This document shows positions 1 to 11,500 of a DNA stretch of 64,000 nucleotides, piece by piece. The notes beneath the pieces were generated by a model, which saw nothing but the letters and a program-made list of their open reading frames with translations, had not been told where the DNA came from and ran no database searches. The stretch covers positions 23,655-87,654 of the forward strand of contig CAVWXQ010000014.1 of assembly GCA_963759005.1 (NCBI GenBank), given 5' to 3'. This DNA comes from an uncultured Gammaproteobacteria bacterium (GTDB lineage Bacteria > Pseudomonadota > Gammaproteobacteria > SZUA-229). Both the position numbers and the translations under genes were made by a program. Each line of letters starts with the position of its first letter. Within the stretch, counting starts at the first letter, position 1.

Positions 1-373
1 TCCTCAGCACACGTGCCAGGCTGATCTCGTCGAAGGCAGGGTGTTTGCGCCCGTTCTCGTGAACATGACCGTAGACCTTGGTCAGTTCGCTCCAGCGGAT
101 ATCCGGCGGCTGCACGCCACCCTCGGGGCGGCCCAGGCCATCGGGGCCGTGGCAACTCGCACAGGGCACAGCGCTGGCCGGCAACGATACCCCTTCCGTG
201 CCTACGATGGCGGTGATTTGCCCATCAGTAGAACTGGTACCCTGCAGGTAGATTTGTTTGCCCCGGCTCTGTGCCGCGTCCGGAGCTGCCGAAACCAGGT
301 CCGGACCAAGAACCATCGTTAGTCCGACCACGGCAAGTGCGAGTCGTTGGCGGATGCCGTATGCTGAGCTCAT
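1..373 (-). CDS. c-type cytochrome, partial (3' end runs off window start)
   Basis: Minus-strand ORF with ATG at 371-373. Translation MSSAYGIRQRLALAVVGLTMV... looks like a signal peptide and carries the heme motif CASCH. Not in the ORF track because it is open at the window edge. Confidence 0.6.
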   Translation of the reverse strand, partial: MSSAYGIRQRLALAVVGLTMVLGPDLVSAAPDAAQSRGKQIYLQGTSSTDGQITAIVGTEGVSLPASAVPCASCHGPDGLGRPEGGVQPPDIRWSELTKVYGHVHENGRKHPAFDEISLARVLR

Positions 374-1006
374 TCTGGACTTTCTTCCGCCAGGTCGCGC
401 ATCTTGTTCGCGATATCCGGCGGCGTAAGCATCGGCATCACACGGGTCCAGTGTTTGGTGATCGTGTTGCCAGCCAGCATCAGCGTGGTGTGCGATTCGA
501 TATCGGGCGTGTACTGGCCCAGCCGCTTGATCAGGAACTCGATGTTGTCTTTCTCACCCGTCAGGAAAATCCAGCGGCTCTCGTCCACGCTCTGCTTTTT
601 GGCGAACGCTTTCATCGCTTCCGGGGTGTCGCGCTCCGGGTCGACGCTGAGCGTCACGTACCAGACTTCATCCTTGATCGACGGCACCATCGCTGCGCGC
701 GCCTGCTTGAGCTTCTGTGCCTGCATCGGGCAGGCGAATTCGCAGTTGGTGAAGATGAAACTGATCAACACCACGCGGCCCTTCAACACGTCGCTGTAGA
801 AACGCTGTTTTTTGCCGTTCTGGTCGATCACCTCGGTGTCGGTGAAATAGTTGCGTGCCTTTTCCTCTGCTGCCGCGTCACTGGACGGTATTTGACACAG
901 CTGCAGCACTGGACAGGGGAACACTATCCTTAGACAGGACAGCTTGCGGAAGCAGTGCCAGGCCAAGACACAGCACTACTATTAGATTACTCAACTTTTT
1001 CATCAT
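370..1006 (-). CDS. SCO1/SenC family copper chaperone, probable frameshift near N-terminus
   Basis: Thioredoxin-like Sco motif FTNCEFACP in the 370..966 ORF. An ATG-ATG at 1006/1003 sits right after the upstream gene stop and encodes the signal/anchor MMKKLSNLIVVLCLGLALLP, but in another frame that ends in a stop. Confidence 0.65.
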
Positions 1007-1699
1007 TTAACCTCCTGCTGCAACGTTGCGTGCAGCCTGTAATGCATTGACCTGCTCCACCAGCCGGTCCGGACTCGGAAAACCGAAGAAACGTGACCAT
1101 TCGCCGGTCTGACCATCGCCGACCAGCACCATGGCCGGGTGGTTCTCGAAATTTGGTGTATAGGCGCCGAGGCCGTCGAGCACCTTGTCCATCGTCCGCT
1201 TGCCGCCGGTCAGCCAGATCCAGCCCGGTTCGGCCTTGTGGATAGCCGCGTAGGCCTTGAGCCGCTGCGGTGTGTCGCGCACGGGGTCGACGCTGACCGA
1301 AACCAGCACGACCTCGTCACCGAGCTGGTCGCCGAGCTTGTTCTGCACCTGGCCGAACACGGCCGAGATCACCGGACACACCGTGGTGCAACTCGTGTAA
1401 ATGAAATCCATGACCACGATGCGGTCGCCGATCACGTCGCTGACGAATTTCATTTCGTCGCCGTGCTGGTCCATCAGCACCAGGTCCAGCAGTTCCACCT
1501 CGGTAGTCTTGGCCGGTTCGGCCGGCTTGTTCATCATCGCCTTGTGGTGGGCGTGGGGATCGTCGTCGCCGCTCGCTGCGTGATCATGATGCTCGTGATG
1601 TTCGTGCCCGCTGTCTTCTGCTTGGACGTTCAGCGCAAGCGTACCCGCGGCAATAAACAACACCGCTAATATCATATAATTCTTACATTTATAAAACAT
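1007..1699 (-). CDS. SCO1/SenC family protein with His-rich N-terminal region
   Basis: Motif YTSCTTVCP (CxxxC). His-rich stretch HEHHEHHDHA...HAHH. Signal peptide present. Confidence 0.8.
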   Translation of the reverse strand: MFYKCKNYMILAVLFIAAGTLALNVQAEDSGHEHHEHHDHAASGDDDPHAHHKAMMNKPAEPAKTTEVELLDLVLMDQHGDEMKFVSDVIGDRIVVMDFIYTSCTTVCPVISAVFGQVQNKLGDQLGDEVVLVSVSVDPVRDTPQRLKAYAAIHKAEPGWIWLTGGKRTMDKVLDGLGAYTPNFENHPAMVLVGDGQTGEWSRFFGFPSPDRLVEQVNALQAARNVAAGG

Positions 1700-1725
1700 T
1701 TTTAATCTCCACTCTCAATTCTCAA

Positions 1726-1812
1726 GCCCCCTCTCCGCCTGGGCGAGGGTCAGGGTGAGGAAAAAATATTACCCCCTCATCCTGTCCTTCTCCCCAGGGG
1801 AGAAGGGACCTT
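1726..1812. repeat. REP-like multi-hairpin intergenic element, copy 1
   Basis: Stems ccctc/gaggg, gagggtcagggtgagg/cctcatcctgtccttc and ccttctcc/ggagaagg. ORF-track translations such as PSPLPKGEG come from the repeat, not from a gene. Confidence 0.5.
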
Positions 1813-1888
1813 CTTTCTGGCTGTCTCGCGTGCTCGCGGGTGCTTCGCAAACGCTCCAACCCAACGCACGCTCCTGCTTCCAGCGCGC

Positions 1889-1975
1889 CCCCTCTCCTTT
1901 GGGGAGAGGGCTGGGGTGAGGGGAAAAATTCCCTACCCTCGTCCGGCTCTTCTCCCAACGGAGAAGAGATCTTCT
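1889..1975. repeat. REP-like multi-hairpin intergenic element, copy 2
   Basis: ccctctcc-N5-ggagaggg and ctcttctcc-N5-gagaagag hairpins. About 65% similar to copy 1. Confidence 0.5.
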
Positions 1976-2011
1976 GCCGAACAGCACGCAGACGCACACC
2001 GCAGCGTAATT

Positions 2012-2974
2012 CTATTTGTCCTCCGGCCGCTCCAGCGCGATCAGGATCTCGACCTCGCCCTGCTCGCGCAGACGCACGATTTCCTGTTCAACCGCAGCTT
2101 CCATTCGTTCCTCGCGCATATGGTCTCGCAGCTTTTCTCGAATCTCGTCCAGCGGCAGCAGGTAGGCCTCCTTGTGCTCCTCCAGCTTCAGGATGTGCAC
2201 GCCGAAAGGGGTCTCCACCGGGTCCGATATTTCGCCGGGCTTCAGCACGAATGCGGCTGCTTCGAACGCCGGCGCCATTTCGCCGCGCTTGAACAGGCCG
2301 GTATCGCCGCCGTTCTGTCTGGTCGCATAATCATCCGAGAACTCGCGCGCGAGCTCCGCGAAATCTTCGCCCGCACGGGCCCGTTCCAGGATCGGCTTCA
2401 TCTGTTCGCGGATCGCGGCCTTGTCGTCGGTCGTGCCCATCGGCTTCCAGGTCAGCAGGATGTGGCGCACGCGCACCTGCTCCGGGAACGTTAGCCGGAC
2501 CTCATTGTCGCGATAGTATTGCTCGAGGTCTTCGTCGCTGACCTCGGCCACGCTCAGGCGGATGTCATCGAGGTATTTCTTGGCAGCGATCATGCGCCCC
2601 ACGTGCTCGCGGTAGCTCTCCGGCGTGAAACCCTCGCTCTGGATGCGCCGGTTGAATTCATCCGGCGTCTTGAACGGCTGGCTGATCTCGTCAATGGCCC
2701 TGTCGACCTCTGCATCGATGACCTCGATACCTTTGGTCTCCGCCGCCTGGCACACGAGCTCCTGCTTAATCATTTCGTCCATGGCTTCCTTGCGCAGCTT
2801 GGTTAGCCTGTTCAGGTGGTCGCCCCGCCCGGCCACGCTGATACCGTACGGGCGGCGGTATTCCTGGTAGAACGCGTTGAATCGCTCGTAGCTGACCTCG
2901 ACCCCGTTCACGCGCGCCGCGGTGCCGGGATAAATGCCCGTCGCCCAGACCGAGGCAACGGGCGTGACAAGCAA
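2012..2974 (-). CDS. PpiC/parvulin-type peptidyl-prolyl cis-trans isomerase (SurA/PrsA-like)
   Basis: Parvulin domain recognised in translation (for example ...GDTGLFKRGEMAPAFEAAAF...PFGVHIL). The signal peptide RILLLLLVTPVASVWA lies upstream in frame, but only a TTG start is available. Confidence 0.75.
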   Translation of the reverse strand: MLVTPVASVWATGIYPGTAARVNGVEVSYERFNAFYQEYRRPYGISVAGRGDHLNRLTKLRKEAMDEMIKQELVCQAAETKGIEVIDAEVDRAIDEISQPFKTPDEFNRRIQSEGFTPESYREHVGRMIAAKKYLDDIRLSVAEVSDEDLEQYYRDNEVRLTFPEQVRVRHILLTWKPMGTTDDKAAIREQMKPILERARAGEDFAELAREFSDDYATRQNGGDTGLFKRGEMAPAFEAAAFVLKPGEISDPVETPFGVHILKLEEHKEAYLLPLDEIREKLRDHMREERMEAAVEQEIVRLREQGEVEILIALERPEDK

Positions 2975-3013
2975 CAGCAGCAGAATTCGTAGCGCCGCAA
3001 AACCGCATGGCTG

Positions 3014-5068
3014 TCAGGAACCACCCTCTGCCGCAGCCTGTGGCGCGGTTTTGCCGCCCTGGGACGGCGTGCCCATCAGGCTGAAGAACGGTATGTCGTT
3101 ATACATCATCTTCTCCGACTGCGAGCCCACGAACACGTAATACGTTACCATGCGTTCGATTTTCACATCGGCCTCGTAGACGCCACCACCGAGCGATTTC
3201 GCCGGCACGACCGTGCGTCCGCGACCGTCTGAGCCGTAGTACAGCACCGTGACATCGGGAATATCATGCCGCGGCAGCGTGGTGCGTGGATCGGTCAGCT
3301 TGAACTTGACCTTGGTGCTCTCGCCCACCGGTATACGCCGATCGGTGTTCAGGTATTCGATGTCCATCGGCGCCGTGGTGACCTCGATGTCGGGATTGGG
3401 TTCCACCTTCGCGCTGAAGCAGTGCAGGAAGCGCGGTGTGTCCATCATGAAGGCGACGTCGTAGGTGCCCTCGATCGGGATCTTGACCCGCCCGACATAG
3501 ACGCCGGGCTCCTGTTCGCCGAGGCTGCGGTCGACGATCTCGATCGCGCGGGCCTCGTGGCCGTAGTTGCGGAACGCGCCCATGGGCGCGGCCATGCCCT
3601 CCATGTAATAATGAACCGTGCCCTCGGCCTGGTTCACGATGTAGGCCGCGGCCTGCTTGACCGAAGGCACGATGCTGTCGGCGATGCTGATGTCCGCGGC
3701 CGTGCCGGGCGGGCGCTGGCCGGCCGGGACGTAGGTGATCGGCGGGACGCTGTCCTCGTCGAGCTCGGACACCGGTATCAGGCCGACGTCCTGCGTGCCC
3801 AGCGAGCGCACATAGCCGTAGCCGCGCGTGAAGTTGACCTGGTACGGCTGCTTGCCGACGGTGATCGAGTGGGCGAGCTGGTCCTTGGAGGCGTCGATCG
3901 CGAACACCAGGTTCTCGATCGGGTTGACCACGAGCCCCCAGCGACCGTCCTGCGAGAAGCGCATCGGGCCCAGGCCCGGCTTCGCCTCGATGCGGGCGCG
4001 AATCTCGTGCTTGTCGGCATCGATCACGCTGATGATGCCGGTCTTGCCGTCGGCCACGTAGACCGCGTCGCCCAGCGGCGAGTACGCAATCGAGATCGGT
4101 ATCGGCCCGGTTTCGAGGTCCTTGACCTTCTTCAGGGACTGCACGTCGATCACCGAAACCGTTCCCGTGTCGCGGTTGGTCACGAACGCGTAACTGTCAT
4201 CTTCGTTGAACGTGATCTCGTGGTGCCCCGTGCCGGTCGCAATGAACGCGACCTTTTTGAGGCTCTCGGTATCGATCACGGTCACCCCGCTGTCGGCGGC
4301 TTCGTTCGAATTGTTGCCGACCCAGAGGTAGCGCTCGTCCCCCTGCAGCACGGCCCGCGTCGGGTTGTAGCCGGCCTCGATATTGTTCACGACCTTGAAC
4401 GTCTCGGTATCGACCAGCGCGACCATGTCGGCGGTCGGCATGGACACGAACAGGCGCTTCTGGTCTTCGGTCTTGGCCCAGTCCGCGCCGGGCCGGTCGA
4501 GGCTGATCTGGGCGAACAGGTTGGTGATGCCGGTAATGCCGACGGCAGGGTCGATCACCGAGATCGAATCATCGCGGTTCAAGACCAGCAGGAAGTGGCT
4601 GTTCAGGTCGATCATCGGGCGCACGCCGACGATGCCCTGCAGATAGGTCGAAACCCGGTCCTCGCAGCTCATCGGTCTTTCACCCTTGGCTTCCCAGGCC
4701 AGGGCCAGGTCCATCCAGGCGGCCGGGTAGCGTCCCTTGATCGGTTCGCCGGTGTTGGCATCGGTGATGCGGAAGCTCACGTCGGCCCAGTCGGCCGCAA
4801 TCACCTTGTCGGCCGTTGCATCCGTCGGACGCGTTGAGAACTCGACCACAACACCCTCGCGGCTGATGCGGTTAAGCTCGTCTTGTACAGCGGCGGCTTC
4901 GGAGCCAGCGTCTGCGCTTTGCGGCACGCTGGCGGTAGCAGCAGCGTTATCAGCGGCCGCGATGGTTTCGGCGCCGGCAGGGGTGCTCGGCGAGCAGCCC
5001 TGCAATGCGGTGGACATCAGCAGGGCAAGTGTTGCCCCCTTTAGTAAGGTATTCAGTGAAAATTGCAC
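3014..5068 (-). CDS. YVTN-family beta-propeller repeat lipoprotein
   Basis: Lipobox LQGC. Repeated roughly 40-aa units ending ...VTNRDTGTVSVID / ...YVADGKTGIISVID. Confidence 0.7.
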   Translation of the reverse strand: MQFSLNTLLKGATLALLMSTALQGCSPSTPAGAETIAAADNAAATASVPQSADAGSEAAAVQDELNRISREGVVVEFSTRPTDATADKVIAADWADVSFRITDANTGEPIKGRYPAAWMDLALAWEAKGERPMSCEDRVSTYLQGIVGVRPMIDLNSHFLLVLNRDDSISVIDPAVGITGITNLFAQISLDRPGADWAKTEDQKRLFVSMPTADMVALVDTETFKVVNNIEAGYNPTRAVLQGDERYLWVGNNSNEAADSGVTVIDTESLKKVAFIATGTGHHEITFNEDDSYAFVTNRDTGTVSVIDVQSLKKVKDLETGPIPISIAYSPLGDAVYVADGKTGIISVIDADKHEIRARIEAKPGLGPMRFSQDGRWGLVVNPIENLVFAIDASKDQLAHSITVGKQPYQVNFTRGYGYVRSLGTQDVGLIPVSELDEDSVPPITYVPAGQRPPGTAADISIADSIVPSVKQAAAYIVNQAEGTVHYYMEGMAAPMGAFRNYGHEARAIEIVDRSLGEQEPGVYVGRVKIPIEGTYDVAFMMDTPRFLHCFSAKVEPNPDIEVTTAPMDIEYLNTDRRIPVGESTKVKFKLTDPRTTLPRHDIPDVTVLYYGSDGRGRTVVPAKSLGGGVYEADVKIERMVTYYVFVGSQSEKMMYNDIPFFSLMGTPSQGGKTAPQAAAEGGS

Positions 5069-5530
5069 AGATCAACTCCTCGGTCGTTTTATCTATTTGT
5101 TCAGCGTGGAAAGTATTCCATGTCGGGTGGCGAGGTGTCGAAGAAGGATGTGAACCCTTTTTCACCATGCACGGCAGGTTGAAACATGGACTCTCCTTAT
5201 CGTTACGCTGTTACAGTCATATGATTATAAACTATCCGGTCATCACCAGGGCAGACTTGTGAACACGCTTTGATTCCCATCGCAGCAGTCAACATCGATC
5301 AGTTCTGATTGCCATCCTGGCCCGACAGTATTGCCGTGTTTCCTCAACACTGTGTTTGCCATATTACTGATGCCCATTAGAGGCGAGAGTTCAACCGCTT
5401 ATAGCTTGCTGAAGCTAAGCCTAAGTTGGGACATATTACAGCTGCGGTGCGCACGGCGCACCCTACGTTTCCTGTCACTTCTATCCAGCCCTCAGCCGGA
5501 TGTAATCGGTACGCATAGCGCAGCCTGCTT

Positions 5531-5559
5531 CAAAAAAATGGGTGCAGCCTCCTGGCTGC
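5531..5559 (-). terminator. rho-independent terminator after the multicopper oxidase gene
   Basis: On the minus strand: stop (5571-5573), 11 nt, hairpin gcagcc-agga-ggctgc, then acccattttttt. Confidence 0.5.
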
Positions 5560-5570
5560 ATCCACATGTT

Positions 5571-8500
5571 TTATTGTGCGGCCCGTCCGTTGGGCCGCAG
5601 ATGGAATGCTACTACGGCGTCGCTGGACTCCACCCTCAGGATACCGAACTGGCCGTTGCGGTTACCGTTGGGCTGTAGTCGCGGAACAGGTAGTCACCCT
5701 CAACCGCACCGCTACCACCGGCATTGAACAGGATCGGCCAGTGACCGTAGGCGTGGCCCATGCCTTCCTCGCCGCCCATGTACTTGGCCGATCGGGTTCA
5801 GACCGAGCGCGATGGAATCGACCGTGCCATGAGTCCAGACACAGGCCTGTCAGACCGAGGTCGTTCTCGACCCGGGCAGACGAACGGATCGCGCTGCCAC
5901 ACGTGGCCGTGCAGGATGAAGGTACCGTCACGGTCAGCCGAGGCGCCGTTGAGCACGTGGATGCGGCTGGCCTGCTCCGGCAGTCGCCCGGAACACCGGT
6001 GTTGCCGGATCACCCGCTGCGCTCACGCCCGGGATCGCCGGGACTGCGTTGGGCTCGCCGATGGTCAGCAGGTTGGCGTACATCGCCTGCGCGTTCGGGA
6101 TGCGCCGAAGCTGTTGGGCGTACCGGCGTTGCCGAAGGGCACATCCGGCGGCAGTTTGAAGCGGAACCAGCTCGGCTCCATGCCGTAGTTGAAGCCGGCG
6201 AAGCCGCTGTCCTCGGCGCCTTCACGGCCCAGCTCACCCTGGTGGATGTTGGCGATCGCGGTGCCGTCCTTCCAGCGGATATTGGCGATCTTGTGACCGA
6301 TCGCAGGTTCTCGCGGAAGTCACCGCCGGAACCGGCTCCACCGACAGGCGCGGTCACCGTGACCTGGGCGCGGGTCAGGCGTGTCCAGCCGGATTCAGCG
6401 TGCCGTCTGCATTGACCGCCATCTGGCCATCAGGCACCTGGGTGTCCTCTGCCACGGTTGAACCGGGCGGCAGGATCGACAGCGCACCGAACAGACCCTT
6501 CTGCGGCTGCTTGACGCGGTCCGCCGACAGCAGGTTGCTGGCGCCGAACTCGATCGGGGTAGCCACCAGCTCGAGCAGCTCGGTGTTGCCCTGCTGACCG
6601 ACCGTGTTGTAGGTCAGGTCGCCCGCGTACCAGCGGTAGGTCCTGGAACTCGCCGGGCGCGACGATCTGCTGGCCCGGCGCGTTCTGGCCGACCAGGACA
6701 CCGTCGTCACGGCTGGCGTCGTACTCGACCAGCTGGGCGTGCAGACCGACGTGGCTCGACGGCCGGATCAGGTTGTTGTTGAAGAAGTGCATCTCCGGCA
6801 ATGCCGGTGACCGGATCAACCTGGATCCTGCGCTTGACGATCCACATCATGTCCTGCCAGCCGGCCAGGTCGGGCGCGACCGCCGGGATGCGGTTGCGCA
6901 GCGTGGTCTCGATGCAGTCGCCCGCGTTGGCGCGCAGCGCGATCGGCTCGACCGGAGCAGTATCGCTCAGACGAACCGGACAGGTTGGTGCAGCCAATGG
7001 GTCAGCTAACGGCAGGCCCGTTACCGGATCCAGACAACCGGGGTCGGCCGGATCTATAACGACCAGATCACTGGTGCGGACGTACATCATCGCGGTCGGA
7101 TCGTTCAGCGGACCGTCGCCGCCCTGCAGCGTGACCGGCGGCTCGCCGCCTTCACCCGGCAGGGTCAGCGTCGGTACCGTGGTACCACGACGGTTGTAGA
7201 CCAGCGTGCCGCCGGCGGTATTCAGCGGACCACCGTTGTTGTCGCGATACCGTCACCGTTGGAGTCGCCACCCACGTTGGCCGGGATGGTCACACCGAGG
7301 TTGTTCGGCAGCACGTCGTTGGCCAGTACCGCGGTCACGTCATAAGCCGACCACGTTCGGCGGTCATCCGGGCAGACGCCGTTGAACTCGTTGGCGTTGA
7401 CCACGCGGCGGTTGCCGGCCGGGTTGCTCGGCAGCTCGACGAGGTCCTGTTGACGGTTGCCGTAGGCGCGCAGGATACCCCAGGGGCCGGTCCAGAAACC
7501 GTCGCGGGTGGCGTCGGTCGCGTACAGGTAGTCGACCGGTTGCCGACCTGATTCCGGATCCGGGTTGATCGGGATCTGCAGGCTGAACTGCTCGGAGATA
7601 CCGTGCGACTGGAAGTTACGCCAGCCGGAGTTCGGCGAGCGGCCGAAGCCGGAGCCGTTGGACAGCCACTTCATGCCGTGCACGGTCGCCTGGTGCTGCT
7701 CCTCGGTGGCGCCGACCTGGATCTTGATCTTGACGTCGTCACCCTCGTAGGCACGCATGATCGGCGTGATCGGGTCACCGCGCCGGCGGTCGCAGTTGAT
7801 GCCGTCGCCGGTGTTGCCCTGGCAGTACGTCGCCGGGGTCCGGTAGCCGGGCGGCATGTCGCCGAAGCTGGTGTTCAGCTGCGGGATCGCGCGGTCGCTG
7901 CGGCTCTGCAGCGCGAACGCGAGGTCGCCGGCTTCACCGGCCGCCTGGGTACCGTTCTGGCCGTCAGGACCGGCCGCGTTCGGATCGAACACGCGCAGGC
8001 CCACCGGCTCGTTGCGGTAGTTGACCACGAACATCGAGCTGTGGCTGATGTTGATGGCCTCGGCGCAGGGACGCGGCACGTTCGGATCGGCATTGCCGGC
8101 CGGTCCCGGGCAGACGCCCTCGGCCGTGACCATGTCCGGGAACGGCACCGACTTCAGCTTCAGCGGCGGATTGATCGCCTGCTGCCAGGTGTCCTGCATC
8201 GTCGGGCGCGAAGGCCGTGGTGACGTCGAACGCGAACGGGCTGATCGATGTGCGTCTGGACCGGACGACCATCCGCGATCGGCACCGACGTAGACACCGG
8301 CCTCGTAGGCGTGCTGGAAGTCGCTCATCTCGAAGTAGAACTCGCGATGATCCGGGATGTTCTCCGAGCCCGTGGTGCTACCCAGTGGCGCCTGGCAGGC
8401 GTCATGATGATCGCCTGCCAGGTGGTCGGGCCACCGTCGTGCACGCGGAGCCGGTCTGCCGTCGACCAGCGCGCCGATCTGCGCGCCGCTCTCGTTGTGC

Positions 8501-11500
8501 ACCCAGGTCGAACCGGCCGGCTCGGCCAGGATGGTCGAGTACAGGCCGATCTGCTGGAAGGTCGACGGACCGTAGTGGTCGTGCGAGAAGGTCAGGCCGA
8601 GGCCGCGGTCCACACCGGCCACGTTGACCAGCGGGTCCATCAGGATGCGCTGGATGTGGTGCGCGCGCCGCAGTATTCACCATAGGGCTCGACGTCACAG
8701 TGCCGCCGACACCGGTCACCGAAGAACGGATGCGGCTTGCGGCGTGCAGCTCGGTCACGCCAGCGCACGACGCTGCTGCCCGGGTCACCGGTGTCGATGG
8801 TCGGCACCGGGGCCAGATCGGTCAGGTCAACCGTGGTGGTTGGCCACCGCAGCGACCAGGTCGGGCGGCAGGTCGTCGGCCTTGCCGAGCGCGACCAGCA
8901 GGTCAACCAGGTTGGGCGCTTGACCGGCCAACGCGTTGAAGTGGTTGATCGCGTTGATGCGCTCCTCCACCATGCCCGGCGCCAGCGTGCCGTCCTCGTA
9001 GTTCCAGCCGTTGGCCGCACCGTCGTTGGTGGTCAGGTCCCACTTCGGCAGGTGGATGTGCTGACCGATGATGTCGGTCGGCGTGCGCACCTGGAAGTCG
9101 TCCAGCTCGAACTCCTTCGGCACCAGGTTGGTGTGCAGGATCTTGCCGCAGTCGAAGGTGTTGAAGCGCATCACCAGCGGCTCCGGCGGACGCTGCTTGG
9201 CGATGGTCGGCGCCACGTCGTCCCACAGCGCGATGATGCGCTCCTGCGGGTAGTGCTAGCCGACCTTGTTGAACACCGCGTCGATCTGCACGTTGGCGAC
9301 CTTGTAGGTGCGCGGGTTCTCGCAGGTCCAAGTCCGAGCGCGCCCATGTTGCCGCAGCGTACCCTGGTCGTTGTCACCATCGAACCAGTGGCCGATGACA
9401 CCAGCGATCAGCGGGGTGCCCGCGTCGTCGATGCAGGGATCCTGGAAGGGACCGCCCGGTACCGGCAGGGCACCGTTGAGCACGAAGCCGCCGCTGCCGT
9501 CGGGGTTGGCCACGCCGGTTGTCGCGTCACACAGAGCCTCCGAAACGGTGCCGTCACGGTTCTGCTTGTAGGTGTCGCGGCAGCGCACGGCGTGGTAGGC
9601 CATGCGACCTGCTCCAGTCGTCGGTGCCGATCTCGGGGAAGTACACCGGCTGGGCGACCTCGACTTCCTTGGCGAAGTCGAGGCGGCTGTTGGTGTCCAG
9701 CGAGAGGCCGCCGGAGGAGTAGCCGAGCAGGTTGTGGCGCGGCAGGCCGCCGTCCCAGCCGCCGGCCTGCGCCGGTGCGATATCCGTTCGCTGTCGCGCC
9801 GGCCTCGGTCAGCATGTCCAGCGGCGGGGTCGGCATGCGCTGGCCAACCGTGCCCTTCGGGCAGCGGAGTCGTCTGCATGTCGCGTCATCACGCCGCACT
9901 CGTTGCCGGCCAGCCAGAACGGGAAGCCGGGGCTGACGTCGTCGGCGGTACCGAGGTCAGCGTCGGGACCGGCCACGGCGTGCGATAGTCGATCACGGCC
10001 TGGCTCGGACGTTCGGGGATGCCATCCGGGCCTGTCCTGCCGCCCAGCACGCCGAAGTTACCGCGGTCGACCGCGACGACCTTGACCGGGGCAGGCATAC
10101 GGCATGGCCTTGCCGGGCAGCGGCACGATGGCCGGAATCGGCCAGCCGTCGGGCAGCTCGGCGTCGGGCAGCGCGCGGGCGCCGGCCGCCGGCTTACCGC
10201 TGCGCAGCGCCCAACGCGTGTCATGGAAGCCGTCACCGTCGGGTCGGCGTTGCCCGCCATCTGCATCACGGCGCTGTCGAGACGGCCAGCAGGCTGCCGG
10301 TTTCGAACGTGTCCTGGATGCGGATGTGGTACCACATGCCCTGCGCAAAGTGCGGGTAGAAGTGGCAGTGGAAGATCGCGTCGCCCGCGGTCTTGTTGCG
10401 GTTGCCGACGCCGCCGTTGTTTATCTCGTAGGTGTGGCCCGAGCCCGGCATGATTTCCTGGGCGTCCAGGTAGTTGGCGTTGTCGTCGTTCGGGTTGAAC
10501 AGCCACTGGTGGTTGTGCAGGTGGAAGATGTGCTGCTCGAACGCACCGACGTGGATGTTGCGGATCTTGACGAAGTCACCGGTGTAGGAGTGGTGCACGT
10601 TGGACGGGTCTTCCTGGTACAGCGCGTAGTTGCCCGGGATCGGCGGGTTGGCACCGATCGGCGATCACCGCCATTGGACCGGGACGTCGATCGTCGAACT
10701 GACGCCAGCAGGCCGGACGTCAGGATGTCGGTCGGGTCGCACTGCTCGATGCCGGTGTTGGCCGGGAAGTTGACCAGCATGGCCGGGTCGCCGACGGTCT
10801 GCGAGGCGAGGAAGAACTCCTCGTAGGCGCAGTCGGTGCAGTCGTGCATCGGGCCGGTGTGCAGGCGGTTGGCGATGATTTCGGAACCGATGCCGCCGGA
10901 GCCGTAGTTGATCATGAACTGGTCCTTGACGCCGGCCAGGGTGTAGTTCAGCACCGGGTTGCCGTACCAGCGCGGGAACACCTGCGAGTTGGTCTGCTCG
11001 TCGTGGAAGATCGAGGTGAACTCGCGGAACGGCTCGAGCCGGTTCGGCAGGCTCGGCACGTTGTTGCCGACGCTCTCCAGCGGGTAGGTGCTGGCCGGGA
11101 ACGTGTACCGTCGGCATTCGGGCCGGCGATGATCGCGTTGATGTCGCTGTGCACCAGCTCGTTGCCGGCTGTCAGCATGTTCAGGATCGGCAGGCCGGCC
11201 TTGCCCTCGGAGATCCAGGGCTCGACGTTCGGGTAGGTCGCCTCGTAGTCGATGATCGGCTGGCCGAGGCCGGAGTCGTGTCGGTGGTGGCCAGGCGCAT
11301 TTCTTCCTCGGTCACCATGCTGCGGTACATGCGCGCACCGACGGGCTGGACGTTCAGCTCGCCGAACATGCCGATGCCGAGGTTGCCGCTGTTCTGCTCG
11401 CTGCCGAGGGTGGCGCCGTAGCTGTTGATCACGAAGGCGCCTTCGTGCGGGGTGTACAGGTTGTAGGTCCTGGCTCTCGTTCGGTGCTGCCATGCCGAGG

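Noticed and set aside
1722-1999. ORFs encoding PSPLPKGEG / GEGWGEG-type peptides
   Set aside because: They translate the palindromic REP-like elements. The repeats explain the periodic Pro/Gly/Glu pattern.
3266-4837. 523-aa plus-strand ORF (and similar long antisense ORFs at 5576-6415, 7603-8223 and 8737-9936)
   Set aside because: They lie antisense to clearly homologous minus-strand genes in 60-65% GC DNA, where stop-poor antisense frames are expected. Their translations are Arg/Gly/Asp-rich low-complexity with no motifs.
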